Of a stretch of DNA of 64,000 bases, positions 49,864 through 62,429 are shown piece by piece. The stretch comes from Lama guanicoe. Lineage: Eukaryota. The position numbers and the translations under genes were made by a program. Every line of letters starts with the position of its first letter. Position 1 is the stretch's first letter. The stretch lies in contig MU053652.1 of assembly GCA_013239625.1 (NCBI GenBank), forward strand, positions 8,754,077-8,818,076. Reading direction: 5' to 3'. The notes beneath the pieces were generated by a model. The model saw only the letters and a program-made list of their open reading frames with translations. It had not been told where the DNA came from and ran no database searches.

Positions 49864-52719
49864 ATTTTATTTTACAAGTATTGCAGTGTGGATATGTGAT
49901 GAAATGTAAATATCTATTTGAAAATTCAACAAAAAATAAGCATAGTAATTTTACTGATTTTTATTTTGCTTGAGGATTCTTTTTACCAAACTTTATTTTA
50001 CTCAATAGATATATTGTTGAGACCATTTTATTGATAATAGAATAATACATATTGTTAATACTCAACGTATCTCTCCAGAAAAGTTTTTATTCCTCTTCTC
50101 ACTGAACATTCTGATGAATTTCATGGAGACTCTGCTTTTGTTTGTCCACAAATGAAAACTTTTAGAAGCAAGTATGATACATGTTTCAGTTGGCTTCTTA
50201 ACAGATAACTAACCCTTTCAAGAATCATGTTTTAGATCATAGAGGTGGTATAATTTTTACTGTTAAGTATTGAGATTTTTCTAATGAGCATATATAACTA
50301 TGATATAGTAGATGAAAAATAATGACCTTTTGCCTTGTCAATAGTAACAACGTTGACGAGATTTGGCCATACCAGAAATTCTTTTTTTTCTTCTTTTTTT
50401 TCTCTTCTTGACATTTTTCCTAATAGCATGGTACATAATCTACACATTCGTACCATATTTTAAATATACAAGCAAAAATCTTAAAAATAGTTCATTGTCC
50501 TTTATCTTTGATATCGGAGGATAGAACATGACCTAACAATAGTCAGAAATACCAAAAAAAAAACCCAAATAAAGTAATAGGCGAATGGAACATTGATACA
50601 CATGTAGTTCATTTGGTGCCTTTCTTCTTAGCTGATTCCTATGTTTTTTTGGAGCAAGTAGTACTCTCCATTAGAAACAGCCATAGAAGAGGGATTAATA
50701 CTTTACGATTATTGCTGTGTTTATGCTGATTTATAAAACCAAATGCTCCAAGGCTTTACTCTTACGCGTTAAACCCAAGCTTTGTGTCAGTGCTGCTAAT
50801 TTCTTTGTTACTTAATCCCACGTAAAAGAGAAGATTTTCAAGTTAAGCAGGCAATTGTTTGTTCAAAGGGAACAACTTCTTAATACCTTGCTGAAGTTGA
50901 GCGTATTAATGAAAGCAAACACTTTAAAATAGTATCTGACAGTTATTTTTAAGTAATCCAGAACACTCTAGTTATGTGAGTATTGTGATGTGTTGGAAAT
51001 ATTTCAGAAAGAATGTTATATTTAGTATGAGCTAACATTGGAAATATGTGCTTTTGAAATATGTTATATGCGATAGAATATCTCTTATCCCCATTTAAAT
51101 AATAATCTAGGATCAAATTTAACTTTAATTAGGGAACTTTTTCCTAGGGTCATACTCTAACATGGGGTACCAGAGAATGTAGTTTGGCTGTGAAAACTAC
51201 TGATATGTGTTCCTTTTCCACCCATTTCATACTTAACTGGGGTAAGTTAACAGGGATGAGAAAACATGTTTTGTTTAAAACCAAATTCTGTAGGTTGATA
51301 AAAATGAAAAATGTTGAAGGCTCCACCAGAAACAAAAGACTTGCTTTGCTCTTTAAAATCTCTTCAAATAAGGTGGGAAAATTTTTATTCATTAGAGAAT
51401 ATTGCTTTCATGCTGTGTGATAAATATTTATTTTATTGGGTAACGTTGTAAATTGTCACATCAAACCCAGTTAAATGTGTGTCCTCAGTTTGTCTGGTAT
51501 TTGGCAGGTCTTATTTACATACTCTTCCAAAAAACTTTTTTTATTTGAGTTAATCATACAGTTGAGAAGAAACGCTACAGAATACTCAGGGAGACTACAG
51601 CTGCACAGAGATTCTGCAACATATCTACAGGATACTAGCCAAGGTACTCTCTCTCCCCGACCACAGTGAGAGAGATACACTTCTTGGATGATCTTTATGT
51701 CTTCATGGGGTAGAATCGTATTTTATCAAGCATTAAAAAATGAACTTATCCAGCATTCAGATATCAAGAAAATATTGATAACAGACCTTTTAAAATTCTA
51801 AACTATTTCTATGAGATGGAAGTAAGTGACAAGTCAATAGCTCTCAAGGATCTGTTTCATTAACACTATTGCCATTATATATCAAATGGTTAGATTTAGT
51901 CCTATCAGCCATACCTTCTCCTTTTATAGAAATATGCAGTTTTAATTAATGTTCATGGTAATGGCCCTGAGATGCTGTAGGGCCCTTTCTAAATCATTAA
52001 AGAAAGATCAAATTATATTTTATAACTATTTGAAGCCAAGTCAACCTATTGTATACAGATTCTTTAAAAATTCATTATAGATGAATCTCTCTAGAATAAC
52101 TCATTTTTTCAGTAATTAAGAAGACTTGAACATTGCTGTGTGTCATGAAATGAATCTATTGCCTAGCATAACATAATATGTTAAATGTAACTTTGGAATA
52201 TTTTTCCAAAATAAAAAAAAATCTGACTGGATTTTTATCCATAAAAGTGATATACATTAACTTAACACTCAACATTAAAGAATGACAAAAAACCCCAACT
52301 CTGAATTCAACAGCAATGCTAGGCATAAACATAGGTTAGGACAGGATGGGTTTTGATTTTTACAAATGCTTTCTAGAAAATGGATTATCTGATTGTAACC
52401 TAATATTCAGATTATTTTGGCTCCTTATTCCTCACTCTTTCTACACTTCAACAATCCCCCTGAAAAAACAACCCACCTACAAGGAATTTAGACTGTCATA
52501 CGTACCAGACCTTGAGAACAGCTTTGAAACTGGAAAAACCATTTAACCATTAAAGCTTATAGGAATTCTCCACTGTACTCAAGATAAAGTGACAAAGATC
52601 TTCATCTTTGGTCTATAGATATTCAACTTAGTCATGTCAGAAATAGTGTCTGTGGAGCTATAATGCCCACATCCTTCAAATCCTTAATAATAGTAAATTT
52701 TTTTGTAATTATAAAAGAT

Positions 52720-54150
52720 GAGTTCCCATACATTGCTGATGGTAATGCAAAATTGTATAGCCACTTTGGAAGACAGTTTGGCGGTTTCTCATATAGTTAA
52801 ACACATGCTTTCACTGTAATGCAATGATCCTTCTCCTAGATATTTACCTAGGAGAGATGAAACAGGCAAAGACCTGTATGGGAGTGGTTATAACAACTTT
52901 ATTTATGATCGCCAAAAAGGTGGAAATAACTCAAACGTCCACCAACTGGTGAATGGACAGACATGCTGAAGTAAAGTCATACAGTGAAATACAATATTCA
53001 GAAATAGAAAGGAATGAACTGATACAGGCAAAAACTGAATCTCTTTTTTATAGATTCCGTATATGAGTGATATCATACGGTATTTTTCTTTCCCTTTTGG
53101 CCTTAGTTCATTGAGAATGACAATCTCTATGTCCATCCATGTTGCTGCAAATGGCATTAGTTTATTCTTCTTTATGGCTGAGTAGTATTCTATTGTATAA
53201 ATATACCACAACTTTTTTATCCAGTCATCTGTTGATAGACATTTAGGTTGCTTCTGTGTCTTGGCTACTGTATATAGTGCTGCTATGAACATTGGGGTGC
53301 ATGTATCTTTTTGAATTAGAGTTCCCTCTGGAAATATGCCCAGGAGTGGGATTGCTGGATCATATGGTAAGTCTAGTTTTAGTTTTTTGAGGAATCTCCA
53401 CACTTTTTTCCATAATGGCTTCACTAAACTGTATTCCCACCAGCAGTGTAGAAAGGGCCCCTTTTCTCACACCTTCTCCAGCATTTATCATTTATAGGCT
53501 TTTTAATGATGACCATTCTGACTGATGTGAGGTAATAAACTCATCTACCAAACAGAAACAGACTAGCAGACGTAGTAAACAATCTATGGTTATGAGGGGA
53601 AAGAGCGTAGGAAGGGATACATTTGGGAGTTTGAGATTTGTAAATGTTAGCCACTATATATAAAAATAGATTTAAAAAAAACAAATTTCTTCTGTATAAC
53701 ACAGGGAGCAATATTCAATGTCTTGGAATAACCTTTAAGAAAAAAATATATGAAAACTAATGTATGTGTGTATATGCATGACTGGGACATTGTGCTGTAT
53801 ACCAGAAATTGACATATTGTAACTGACTGTACTGCAATTTAAAAAAAAGCTGAATCTCTAAAGCTTTATAGTAAAGGAAAGAAACCACACAAAAAAAGGT
53901 TATGTACTATATAATGCCACTTGTATGACAAAAAAAAACTATAAGGTCAGAAATCAGATCAGTGGTTGTAGAGCTGGGGATGTGAGGAGGCAATTGATCA
54001 TAGAAGGGCATGAAGGAACCTTTGGAGGGTGGGGGGTGGAAATGTTCTATAAGTTCATTGTGGTGGTGCCAATACTCATCAAATTATATGCCTAAAAAGA
54101 GTGAATTTTACTTTAGGTAAACTATACCAATAAACCTTACTTAAACCAAA
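52720..54150 (+). mobile_element. Old L1 3' region interrupted by a younger L1 at 53045-53848
   Basis: cattgctgatggtaatgcaaaatt...ccactttggaagacagtttggc; resumes after 53859 and ends ccaataaacc. Confidence 0.85.
53045..53848 (+). mobile_element. Younger LINE-1 insertion with 5' inversion (twin priming)
   Basis: 53045-~53536 is inverted ORF2 C-terminus ([28 protein letters not shown]...AATWMDIE on the - strand). ~53537-53848 is sense 3' UTR plus poly(A). TSD aaaa(a/g)ctgaatctct at 53030-53044 and 53845-53859. Confidence 0.92.
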
Positions 54151-55829
54151 AAAATGGAAGACAAGCAGAATGTAGAAATGGTGGAAATGCAAAAAGGCAT
54201 GAAGAAGAAAATGAAATTCACCTTTAATCTCACTGGCCAGATATTAACTTCAGGTTTTACATTTTAGTACATATTTCTGGATTTTTTTTCCCATGCACAC
54301 CCTGTAAGCTCATGTGGCAGTTGTTGGGTTTTTTTGTAACATTAACATTATTATAATTTTCAATATCATTCTTTTTGGCCTCACTCTTAATGGCAACCTA
54401 ATCCTTTTAATTGCTCCATTCTTAGATGGTTTTTGAGTTTTTGCTCTTAAACAATATTGATGAACATTTTTTTCTTCATGTTTCTATCAGTTTTCCATGT
54501 GTCTCTTATGTCGAGTATGCTTTTATACCAGTGAGAAAGCAGCTAGACAGCGATATTGAAACCTAATTCCAGAACTCATAATTAGAGTGAAAAAAAAAAC
54601 TTAAATGTATTCTTATTCAGTATAGTTATCTTTTCTAATATCTTTTATTTATGTTTATTTTTTATGTAAAATTTTTATCTGGCTAACATGAAAACTAAAG
54701 GGCAGAAACTATCCTATTTTTCCTACATAGCATTTGTAACATTTCCTTTGTGCAGCCAAACTTTTATTGAATGTAACTTTTTCTGATGTAGAGACTAAAA
54801 CTCCTTCCTTGAAATGTTTGATTGATCAATTGTGATTTCTTCTGTGTATGTTCTATTGAATTCTTATAGTGCAACAGCCCAAAAAACCTCAAGGCCCAAC
54901 CTTTAAATGCTTACCTTGGTTCCAGTCTTGAATTGTCTTTTATCCTATTTCTTATAACGTCTTCCAGTATACACATGTGTGCATCCGCCCACCCCTCTGC
55001 TTTCTGTCTTCAGAGGAACGGTACGTTTTCATTCCAGATGTGTTGATGCCTCATTTTGAATGAAATGGCAGCTGACAGTATTACCCCTTATGCAGAACCT
55101 TTACTGTCAGTGAGACTGACACTTGCTTGTGTGGTGTTGATGGTTTGTGTGTCACTATTCACTTTCACTATGTCTGACACAGTAGCCCGGCAGCATGAGC
55201 GAGTGAGACCCATTGAAGAAGCAGCCTGTGGTCACAGGCAGAGGTTATTCCAAACGCCCTCTTGGCTCCTGGGCAGCTGTTTGGTGCACATCCTGCTAGC
55301 GCACGTGTACCGGGAACATCTGTTGTGACCACAGTTCATAGCTCCTGAGGTCATTGCTGTTAACCCTGTAATAGGAGCTTGGGTATGTGCCTTTCAGGAG
55401 AGGGAAATTACATGGGAAGGAAAGACAGAAAGAGAGCAACTAAACACCTATCACCAGAACATAGAAGAGAAATTAGAGGCTAGAGCAAAGATGGGGCAAA
55501 GGGTCTTAAGGGGACCTCAGGAGGAGAGAGTGAACAGGTGAGAACAGTAGCAGTAGAGGTTTCTGTCAGTCTCTAAATGAATTTGCATTATGTCCACAAG
55601 CACAGACGATATGCTATCGAGGGTATTGTGAGAGCCGAATAGACGTTCACCAAACACTTCACTTAGCTGATGTGTCCGAACGAAAGAAAATAACGTAACG
55701 AATGAAAGAAAATACGTAATTGACTTGGGCAATGTTGTTGATGCGTTCCGTGTAAGAGCCTTGTTTTTATTTTGACTTTTAGTGACCCTATGTTTGTGTG
55801 TAGTTTTTCATCCTGAAAATTTAGAAATA

Positions 55830-56350
55830 TAGGAAACAAAGAAGGACACAAATCTTTCAAAATCTCTCCCCTCAAAGATGCCATTACTAAAATTTTGGCT
55901 TATCTATTTCATAAATACCTATTTTTAAAAAAATTCCAAATCAGTCAGTATGTGTGTAGTTTTGAATCTGTTCTTTTCACATAACATTATCTAATGAGAT
56001 ATTCTTTATGTTATTAATATCATCAAAAATTGTTTTCAGTGGCAGCATAGTATTCCTTTCTATACATATGCGAGCATTTATTAAGCAATTCACGTATTGT
56101 TGGGCATTTAGGGTGTTATGTTTTCCATGATATAAATAACTGTTTATATTTATTCTCTGTTCTATATGTCCATGTAGCATACACCTTTGTGTGCACATCT
56201 GATTATTTCCTTAATAAATTCCCAATTAAAAGGTGAGGGCTATTTCCACATATTGTCATATTATCCTGCAGGAAGGTGGTCTTATGTTACACTCCGCTAG
56301 CAGTGAATAGGTAAGAGTGCCCATTCATTTCAACACACCTTAGCCAATAT
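55830..56350 (-). mobile_element. Old L1 (L1ME-like) 3' fragment
   Basis: gcagcatagtattcc...gttgggcatttagggtg...ccgctagcagtgaata...gagtgcccatt. Confidence 0.72.
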
Positions 56351-56989
56351 CCCATATTTCTTTTTTAAAAGGGGCCAAAAAGTATGTTTGCTTTGTTTGG
56401 CAAAAGAGAGACACTTTCATAAGACAGAAGCTAAAAATTCTAGCTAAGGTTTTAGTTTTAAAAATTGAGGGAAAGTCTCGAGACTTTGATCCCTGAAAGA
56501 AACTTACTCGCTCCAGTGATTTTTTTAATCACTCAGAATTATGTATAAATTAAGTCAATGTGAGTAGCCTGTACAATGTTAAACTTTCACTTCAGAAAAA
56601 GGGATGGTGATAAAATATTGAAAACACTTACTTTAATTTAAAAATTAGGTCTCTCCTTGTCGTATTTTAAGCTTCTAACAATGTTTCCATTTTGTAGGAG
56701 GTATGTGGTATGATTTTAAATAACGCTCCATGACCCCTTCATACTCGATCAGTTTTTAATTTCTTCTTTTTCCTCCTTGCTACTTAAGCTTACATATATA
56801 TATTCGGTAAGAACAAAAGTTCTATTCTCAAATGATTGATTACTTTATTCATTCCAATTCAGGTTACTATTGGCAATGCAAAGTTAAACAAAAGCCTGGT
56901 TGGAAACTGTGTTAAATTACACGATGTCGTCTTCATTATTATCTGGATTTCATAGTTAGGAAAATGTGCAGTAAGTCAGGTAGATCCCC

Positions 56990-57170
56990 CGATGATGGGG
57001 CTGGCAGGGACCTTAGGAATCAGCACATCCAGCTCTTTCGTTTGATAGTTGAGGAGATGGAAACTGAGATTGGTGTAGACACATCTCGAGGACACTCTAC
57101 TGGGCAGCGCCCCCTTACCCTGGGTTCTGGAGTCTACAGCCGCCTCCCTGCCAGGCCACACTCCTTAGCT
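56990..57170 (-). mobile_element. MIR fragment
   Basis: gctggcagggaccttagg...gaggagatggaaactgag. Confidence 0.55.
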
Positions 57171-57524
57171 CCGGTCATCTGAGAGCTGAGACATTTAGTT
57201 CCATGGCTCAGTCCTTAGGCTTTGTCTCTCCTAAGAAGTATGTGTAAGAATCAAATTCCTACTGCTTCTTTGATTATCCTTCCTAACTCCCACTTCGCTC
57301 AATTTGTGGGAAGAACTGACAAATTGATAAGCCACATAAATCAATTCCCTTTCAAGAGCCTTAGAACCGGCTCAGACATTTTGTAACACAGAAGCTGTGT
57401 GCTGTCACAGATTCCAAATGAACTAAACTTTGCCTTTAGCAGGCTGGTCTCAAGAATAAATGCCTACAGAAGCCGATTATGTGGGACACAACATTATTCA
57501 TGTGTTGTTTGTTTCGCTTACCAG

Positions 57525-57591
57525 ATATCTGTATGCTCTTGGACAGAAGGTTTGGAAAAGATGGAAAAAGCGTTACTTTGTTCTTGTCCAG
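57525..57591 (+). CDS. CADPS2: CADPS2 internal coding exon (about exon 9); PH domain beta1-beta2 with the basic phosphoinositide-binding motif
   Basis: Acceptor tttcgcttaccag|A and donor CAG|gtaagt, 67 nt. The first A completes GG|A (Gly) from the previous exon, then [22 protein letters not shown]. The phase matches the upstream exon exactly. Confidence 0.96.
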
Positions 57592-57627
57592 GTAAGTACA
57601 AATTTTTTTCCTGTTACGTTATCAGTC

Positions 57628-58088
57628 TAAACTGTTCTCAAGCCTTCACGTAGGTTACATCGATCAATATGCACTGTGTTAGAAATTGAAACTGAGAAAA
57701 TTTTTAAATATTTGATTTATTTTAAAGTAAAAGTAGTAAACCCATTACATGCCAATGCAGATAACCTTTTTATTTAGAGTAACTATCTTTCAAGCCAAAC
57801 ATTTTAGTGAAGTAAGTGGCATTATTTTATTCTTTTGCATACCTCTTTCATGCTTGGCTTAATAAAATAGAATGCAGCTGTATTTTCATATCAGCTTCTG
57901 CCTTCAATCTGTTGCAATATCAGATGAAACTTAGGCTCTGGAAAACTCCACTGTACACTCAGGAGAGAGTAAGTGTGAAAAAGGCAAAGATGTTTGAATA
58001 TTGTTATAAAAATGGTTTTGACCTCGCAGATCCCCTGGAAGGATCCTGAAGATCTCCAGGATCCCAAGACCATACCTGAGAACCACTG
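57628..58088. mobile_element. hAT-Charlie DNA transposon fossil (Charlie1-like)
   Basis: agaaattgaaactgagaaaatttt...gcttctgccttcaatctgttgcaata...ttttgacctcgcagatcccctg...gagaaccactg terminus. Confidence 0.82.
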
Positions 58089-60129
58089 TGTTGTTCTGAT
58101 ATTTTATAGATAAAACTTAATACATAGAAACATGCATTTTTATAAAAAATGTGCCATATATATATCACTTGTTCACATATATAGGTCTTTCAGTCCCCTT
58201 GACTGGTAGATTTGTTTGTGGTAGGATTCTGAGTGTAGACAGATTACTGGAATTTATGCTTTGGCTGACTTTTGTGTTTTTGTTTTTGAATCATGGATAT
58301 AAGCTTTGCTCTTTAGAATATACTCATTCAGTTAAAGTTACATTAAAGGACAACTTTCTAAGTAATAGTCACTCCATTTCATGATAAATCCAAGCTATTT
58401 TATTCCCAGTGAATATATATGAAAAAGAAACACCCTTGGAATTCTTAACACAAAGCAATCTGTAAAATCTCATCAATTCATACCCACACATTGAACAGGA
58501 TTAAATAGACTAGATCAGAATAACAGGGTAAAATTACAAGGGAGGAAAATTATTTGCTGTCCTCCAGAAATAAAGCCATCTATCAACTGCTGGATAACAT
58601 GATTTTATTGACATGCATGATGGCATGGTAACTTCAGGAAAAGTGTTAAATTTTAGTCAAGAGTAGGTTTTTTTGTTGTGTTTTTTTCCCCCATAAGAGA
58701 GTTTAGAACTGAAAGAAGGGGAAAAAAAAAAAAGAAATGAAAGAAGGAATTTGAATACTTTGAGATCATTAACTGGTATGTCTTTCAGGAACATTAACCA
58801 TGTCTTTGGGGAACTAGACAGTTCTCCATATTAAAAATATATTTAACATTTTAAAGGCAAAATCTAATTTAAACCAAAGGAGGTAAACCCCTGTACTCCA
58901 TAATTAAAATTTAGGAAAAACATCATCAAACTATAATGAATTCAGATTTAGTCTACCTGAGGTTATCATCTTGACTTTTGAAGTCGTATTTGAGCGTTAT
59001 ATCTTTACACAAATATATGTACATGCGTGCACTCACACAGAGAAACCATACCCAGCTGTATCTGAGATTCACATGCCAGTACTCTGACAACTTCGTGAAG
59101 CCTTAAATACAATTGAATCTTCCTCAGTTCCAAATGTAATAGGAAGACATGTTGAATGCAAGGTGGATATGTATGGAGGTTCAACAGGAGTGACTCATGG
59201 GGAGGAACAGGGTAGTTTCTATTCGTATTTCTAAAGGCAGCTCTCATTCCGTTGGCACATAGCTAGTGGGTCCATACCTGCAGGCTGCACTATTGAAAGG
59301 TGAAGGAGTCGTTTTCTAGGATGGACAGTACACCCCTGCTGTGTCTGCTGCCGCCGTCGGCAGAATGGTGCTCTGGTGATAATGTGAATCTCATCACCAC
59401 TTGGGAGTGTGTATTATATGAGTGATATAGCCGGAGATCTAGCCATCAGCCCAAGGATTTGTGCTCATAAAAATTGATTGAGGGGCAGGTTGGGCCAGCT
59501 GCAAAGTCATTGTTTGGAGTGAACACTGGCGGAGCCGGTGAGGTAAAGAGGCTTTTCAAAATGTATAAACATTTAAATTGGAGTTGAAAATGGGAAAATA
59601 AATTATTTGTTAATGTGGGGTGTTTATTTAGCTTCTAAATAAGATTAGTTTTGGATTCCGTTTAGATTCTGAAGCCAGTACGGTTACAGTATTAAATAGA
59701 TTTTTACATTTTTTAAAAGGCTACATTTTTTTTCTAAATGAAGATCAATTTTGGCTCAAGCCAAATTGAAAGAACTATGATTTTGAGGAATATGTCTGAA
59801 ATCTCACCAAAACTTACATATGTTTATATTAAACTTATGTGTGTTTCTTACTCATTTTTCTTATGCTTATTCAGTGTTTCAGTGTTAGGTTTGGAGAATG
59901 TCATTGGTGTAAAGTATTTATGACCCTAGTATATTTGAGTTCATTATAATCAACCACCTAATAGCTTTCAAATTCTGTATTCGTATTTATGATTTAACCA
60001 AACTGAACTATTTCAAAATTCTGCATTCAGCTGATGCCTGTTTAAATAACTTTTATGCCCCCAGGTATTTCATAGTCTGTAACAATCCAAAAATTCCTGA
60101 AGCATTCACCTATTAATACAATTATTGCT

Positions 60130-60340
60130 ATATTTAATCTAATATTTATTAAGCAAATGTGGCCAGCATTTATGTCAAGCACATTTTACCACATTATCTC
60201 TTTTGCTCTTCAGAATAAGGTAACGTTGATATTCAAAGAAGTTATATAATTTGCCCAGAATCATACAGTCGGTATGTGGTAGAGTCAGGTGATCAAATCC
60301 AGTTCTGTTGGTCTCTAGACGTTAACCTCTTCCTCTGTCA
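60130..60340 (-). mobile_element. MIR fragment
   Basis: atttattaagca...cattatctc...aagttatataatttgcccagaatcatacag...aaatccagttctg. Confidence 0.68.
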
Positions 60341-60999
60341 TGACTAAATTAACACACGTAACTATAGTTGATCTGAAGACAGACAGATATATGAATAATC
60401 ACTGTGGATCACTGATTTCATGAAGTACAACAGTGCTGCTACATTAAAGAAATGGCCAGTGAGTGATGGCATAAAGAGTCCCACGCTCATGGAGGCCACT
60501 TGCTAGGTGACATTACTAGAAACTGAAAGAGAGAGACATCTATGTTGTTTTTGCCCTGTATCAAAGTGTTCACTGCTTGTTGTCGACGTGTCAGAATCAT
60601 GACTTGAAGTTGCTGCAAACAACAGCAGGCTATCAAGACATAATGTTAATTACATATCAGCTGAGTTGGCACAGGATGTAAACAGCCAGCCATGCCACTG
60701 AGTGATCAGTCCCTGCTGCAGACATACGAGAAGCACTCTGTTAGTGAGCTGCCATCAAAATCGACACTTAGGGTGGCTGCCCCAGCCTACTGATATCCAA
60801 AATATTCAGCACACGTGGGGATGCACTGCAGCAGGCTGCTGTCACGTAGCTGAGAACACGACTACTGCATGAAATTAGATGGTCTAGGTTTACTCTTAGG
60901 ACATCAGCTGATGTTTGCTTACAGTAAGTGAGCAAATATACTGCTGTCAGATCAAGGAAGGTGCGGGGTAGTGGCTCTCTGCCTCTGTGGCTTAAATTG

Positions 61000-61500
61000 A
61001 TTTAAAACTTACAAACCCAAGACTTGCTCAGTAGAGGATAAAATCAGACCACACGCAAGTATTTACGGCAGCAAATGAAAGGTCCCCATCAACCCCCATT
61101 CAGCATTGCCACCTTATTCTAGTCTCCTTCTCCAAAACAGCCAAGTAACCATTGCCTTCTAAACCTGTATCAGTTTAATGCATCCCTAATGGAATCATTC
61201 CATATACATTTGTTTTGTGAATTGTTTTCATCCCCTTTAAATATACGTCACAGCCATGTTGCCATGTCAGGATATGAAAATCCACTTTATTCTTTTTAAT
61301 GGATGATTGGTTTCCACCGGGTAGATTAAGATAATCTGTGTAACAGCTCCCCTTGTTTAGACAGTTAAGCTCCTTTTTCAAAGAATCAACAAATGCTGCT
61401 AAAATCAATGTATCTGCAATTCTTATATATTAATCTTTGAGTGTATGTGGGAGTAGTCCTGAAGCAATTGCTAAGCCAAAAGGCATAGATACCTATAATG
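61000..61500 (-). mobile_element. Old L1 (L1ME-like) 3' fragment
   Basis: aatggaatcattccatatac...gttagacagttaagc-like and aacaaatgctgctaaaa motifs. Confidence 0.55.
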
Positions 61501-61790
61501 TGAAATGAGGTTTATATAGCTCTAGATAACTCATGAATGTTTAAATAGTCACCAAAACTTTGGTTTTTTTAAAGTTTGTTATATTTCTAGTTAATAATCA
61601 TTATGTGTCAAGTTGTATGTGTTATTTTTCAAAATGTACATATGAAAGAAAATTGAAAATTCTTTTGATTATGGAGCTTATTTGAAAAAAAAATCTCAGA
61701 GGAAAAGGCTTTTTTCTTATTTTAAGTTTCATTTTTAAGATTACTTTTGCTTTGTGAAAATTGAATTTACCATAGCCTCCTCCTACCCCG

Positions 61791-61842
61791 AAAACAAAAA
61801 CAAAAACAAAACAAAACAAACAAAAAAACAAACAAAAGAAAA
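61791..61842. repeat. (CAAAA)n-type A-rich simple repeat
   Basis: Directly visible. Confidence 0.85.
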
Positions 61843-62429
61843 TGGCTGTGCTAATTTTTACAATTTACCCTAGGACATTAATAAACTTAATGCATTTATT
61901 CTTCAGAACAATTCTAAAATATGTTAAGATGATCATTTCCCTGTATCTCAAGAGCTGCTAGAATTATAAAAGAAAATGGGGTGAGAGTAGGGTAGGATTT
62001 GCTAAGGAAAATCTCATGTGGATCAGGCAGTGATCCCAATGCAAAAATTCCTCTCTTTTACATGTACCTTGTGTACCCTTAAGATTTTTGTTATTTTCAT
62101 GTTTAAATTCCAGGGAAATGTCTGTTTTTCGTCTTTTCTAGCTCATACCTACATGAAAGTAGGAAAGGACCTATGAATGAGGAATGTACAGTATTGTGAT
62201 ATCTGAATTAAATTTTAGTGGGCTTGATTTTTTTTAATTGATTGACAACTCCATTTTAAAATGCCGTATCTGTGTATTTTCATGTCTGTGTGCATTCATA
62301 TGCATATATAGCTTTACACATACATGTGCAGTATTCCTGCCCATAGTAAAGACGTGGTAAGTGTAAAATAAACGAATGTCGTCTCTCCCTTAATTTGGGT
62401 TCTTTATCGAACTTTTATATGAAACATCA

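Larger units (their letters stand above)
16768..57524 (+). other. CADPS2: CADPS2 phase-2 GT-AG intron, ~40.8 kb
   Basis: Lies between two exons that splice in frame to give the contiguous CAPS2 sequence MKHSGYLYALG. Confidence 0.92.

Noticed and set aside
52903..53424. Longest ORF (173 aa, - strand) as a gene
   Set aside because: It is the C-terminus of L1 ORF2 in an inverted fragment reading into flanking older L1 sequence; a retroelement remnant.
57399..57653. 84-aa ORF overlapping the PH exon
   Set aside because: Different frame from the CADPS2 reading and runs through both splice sites.
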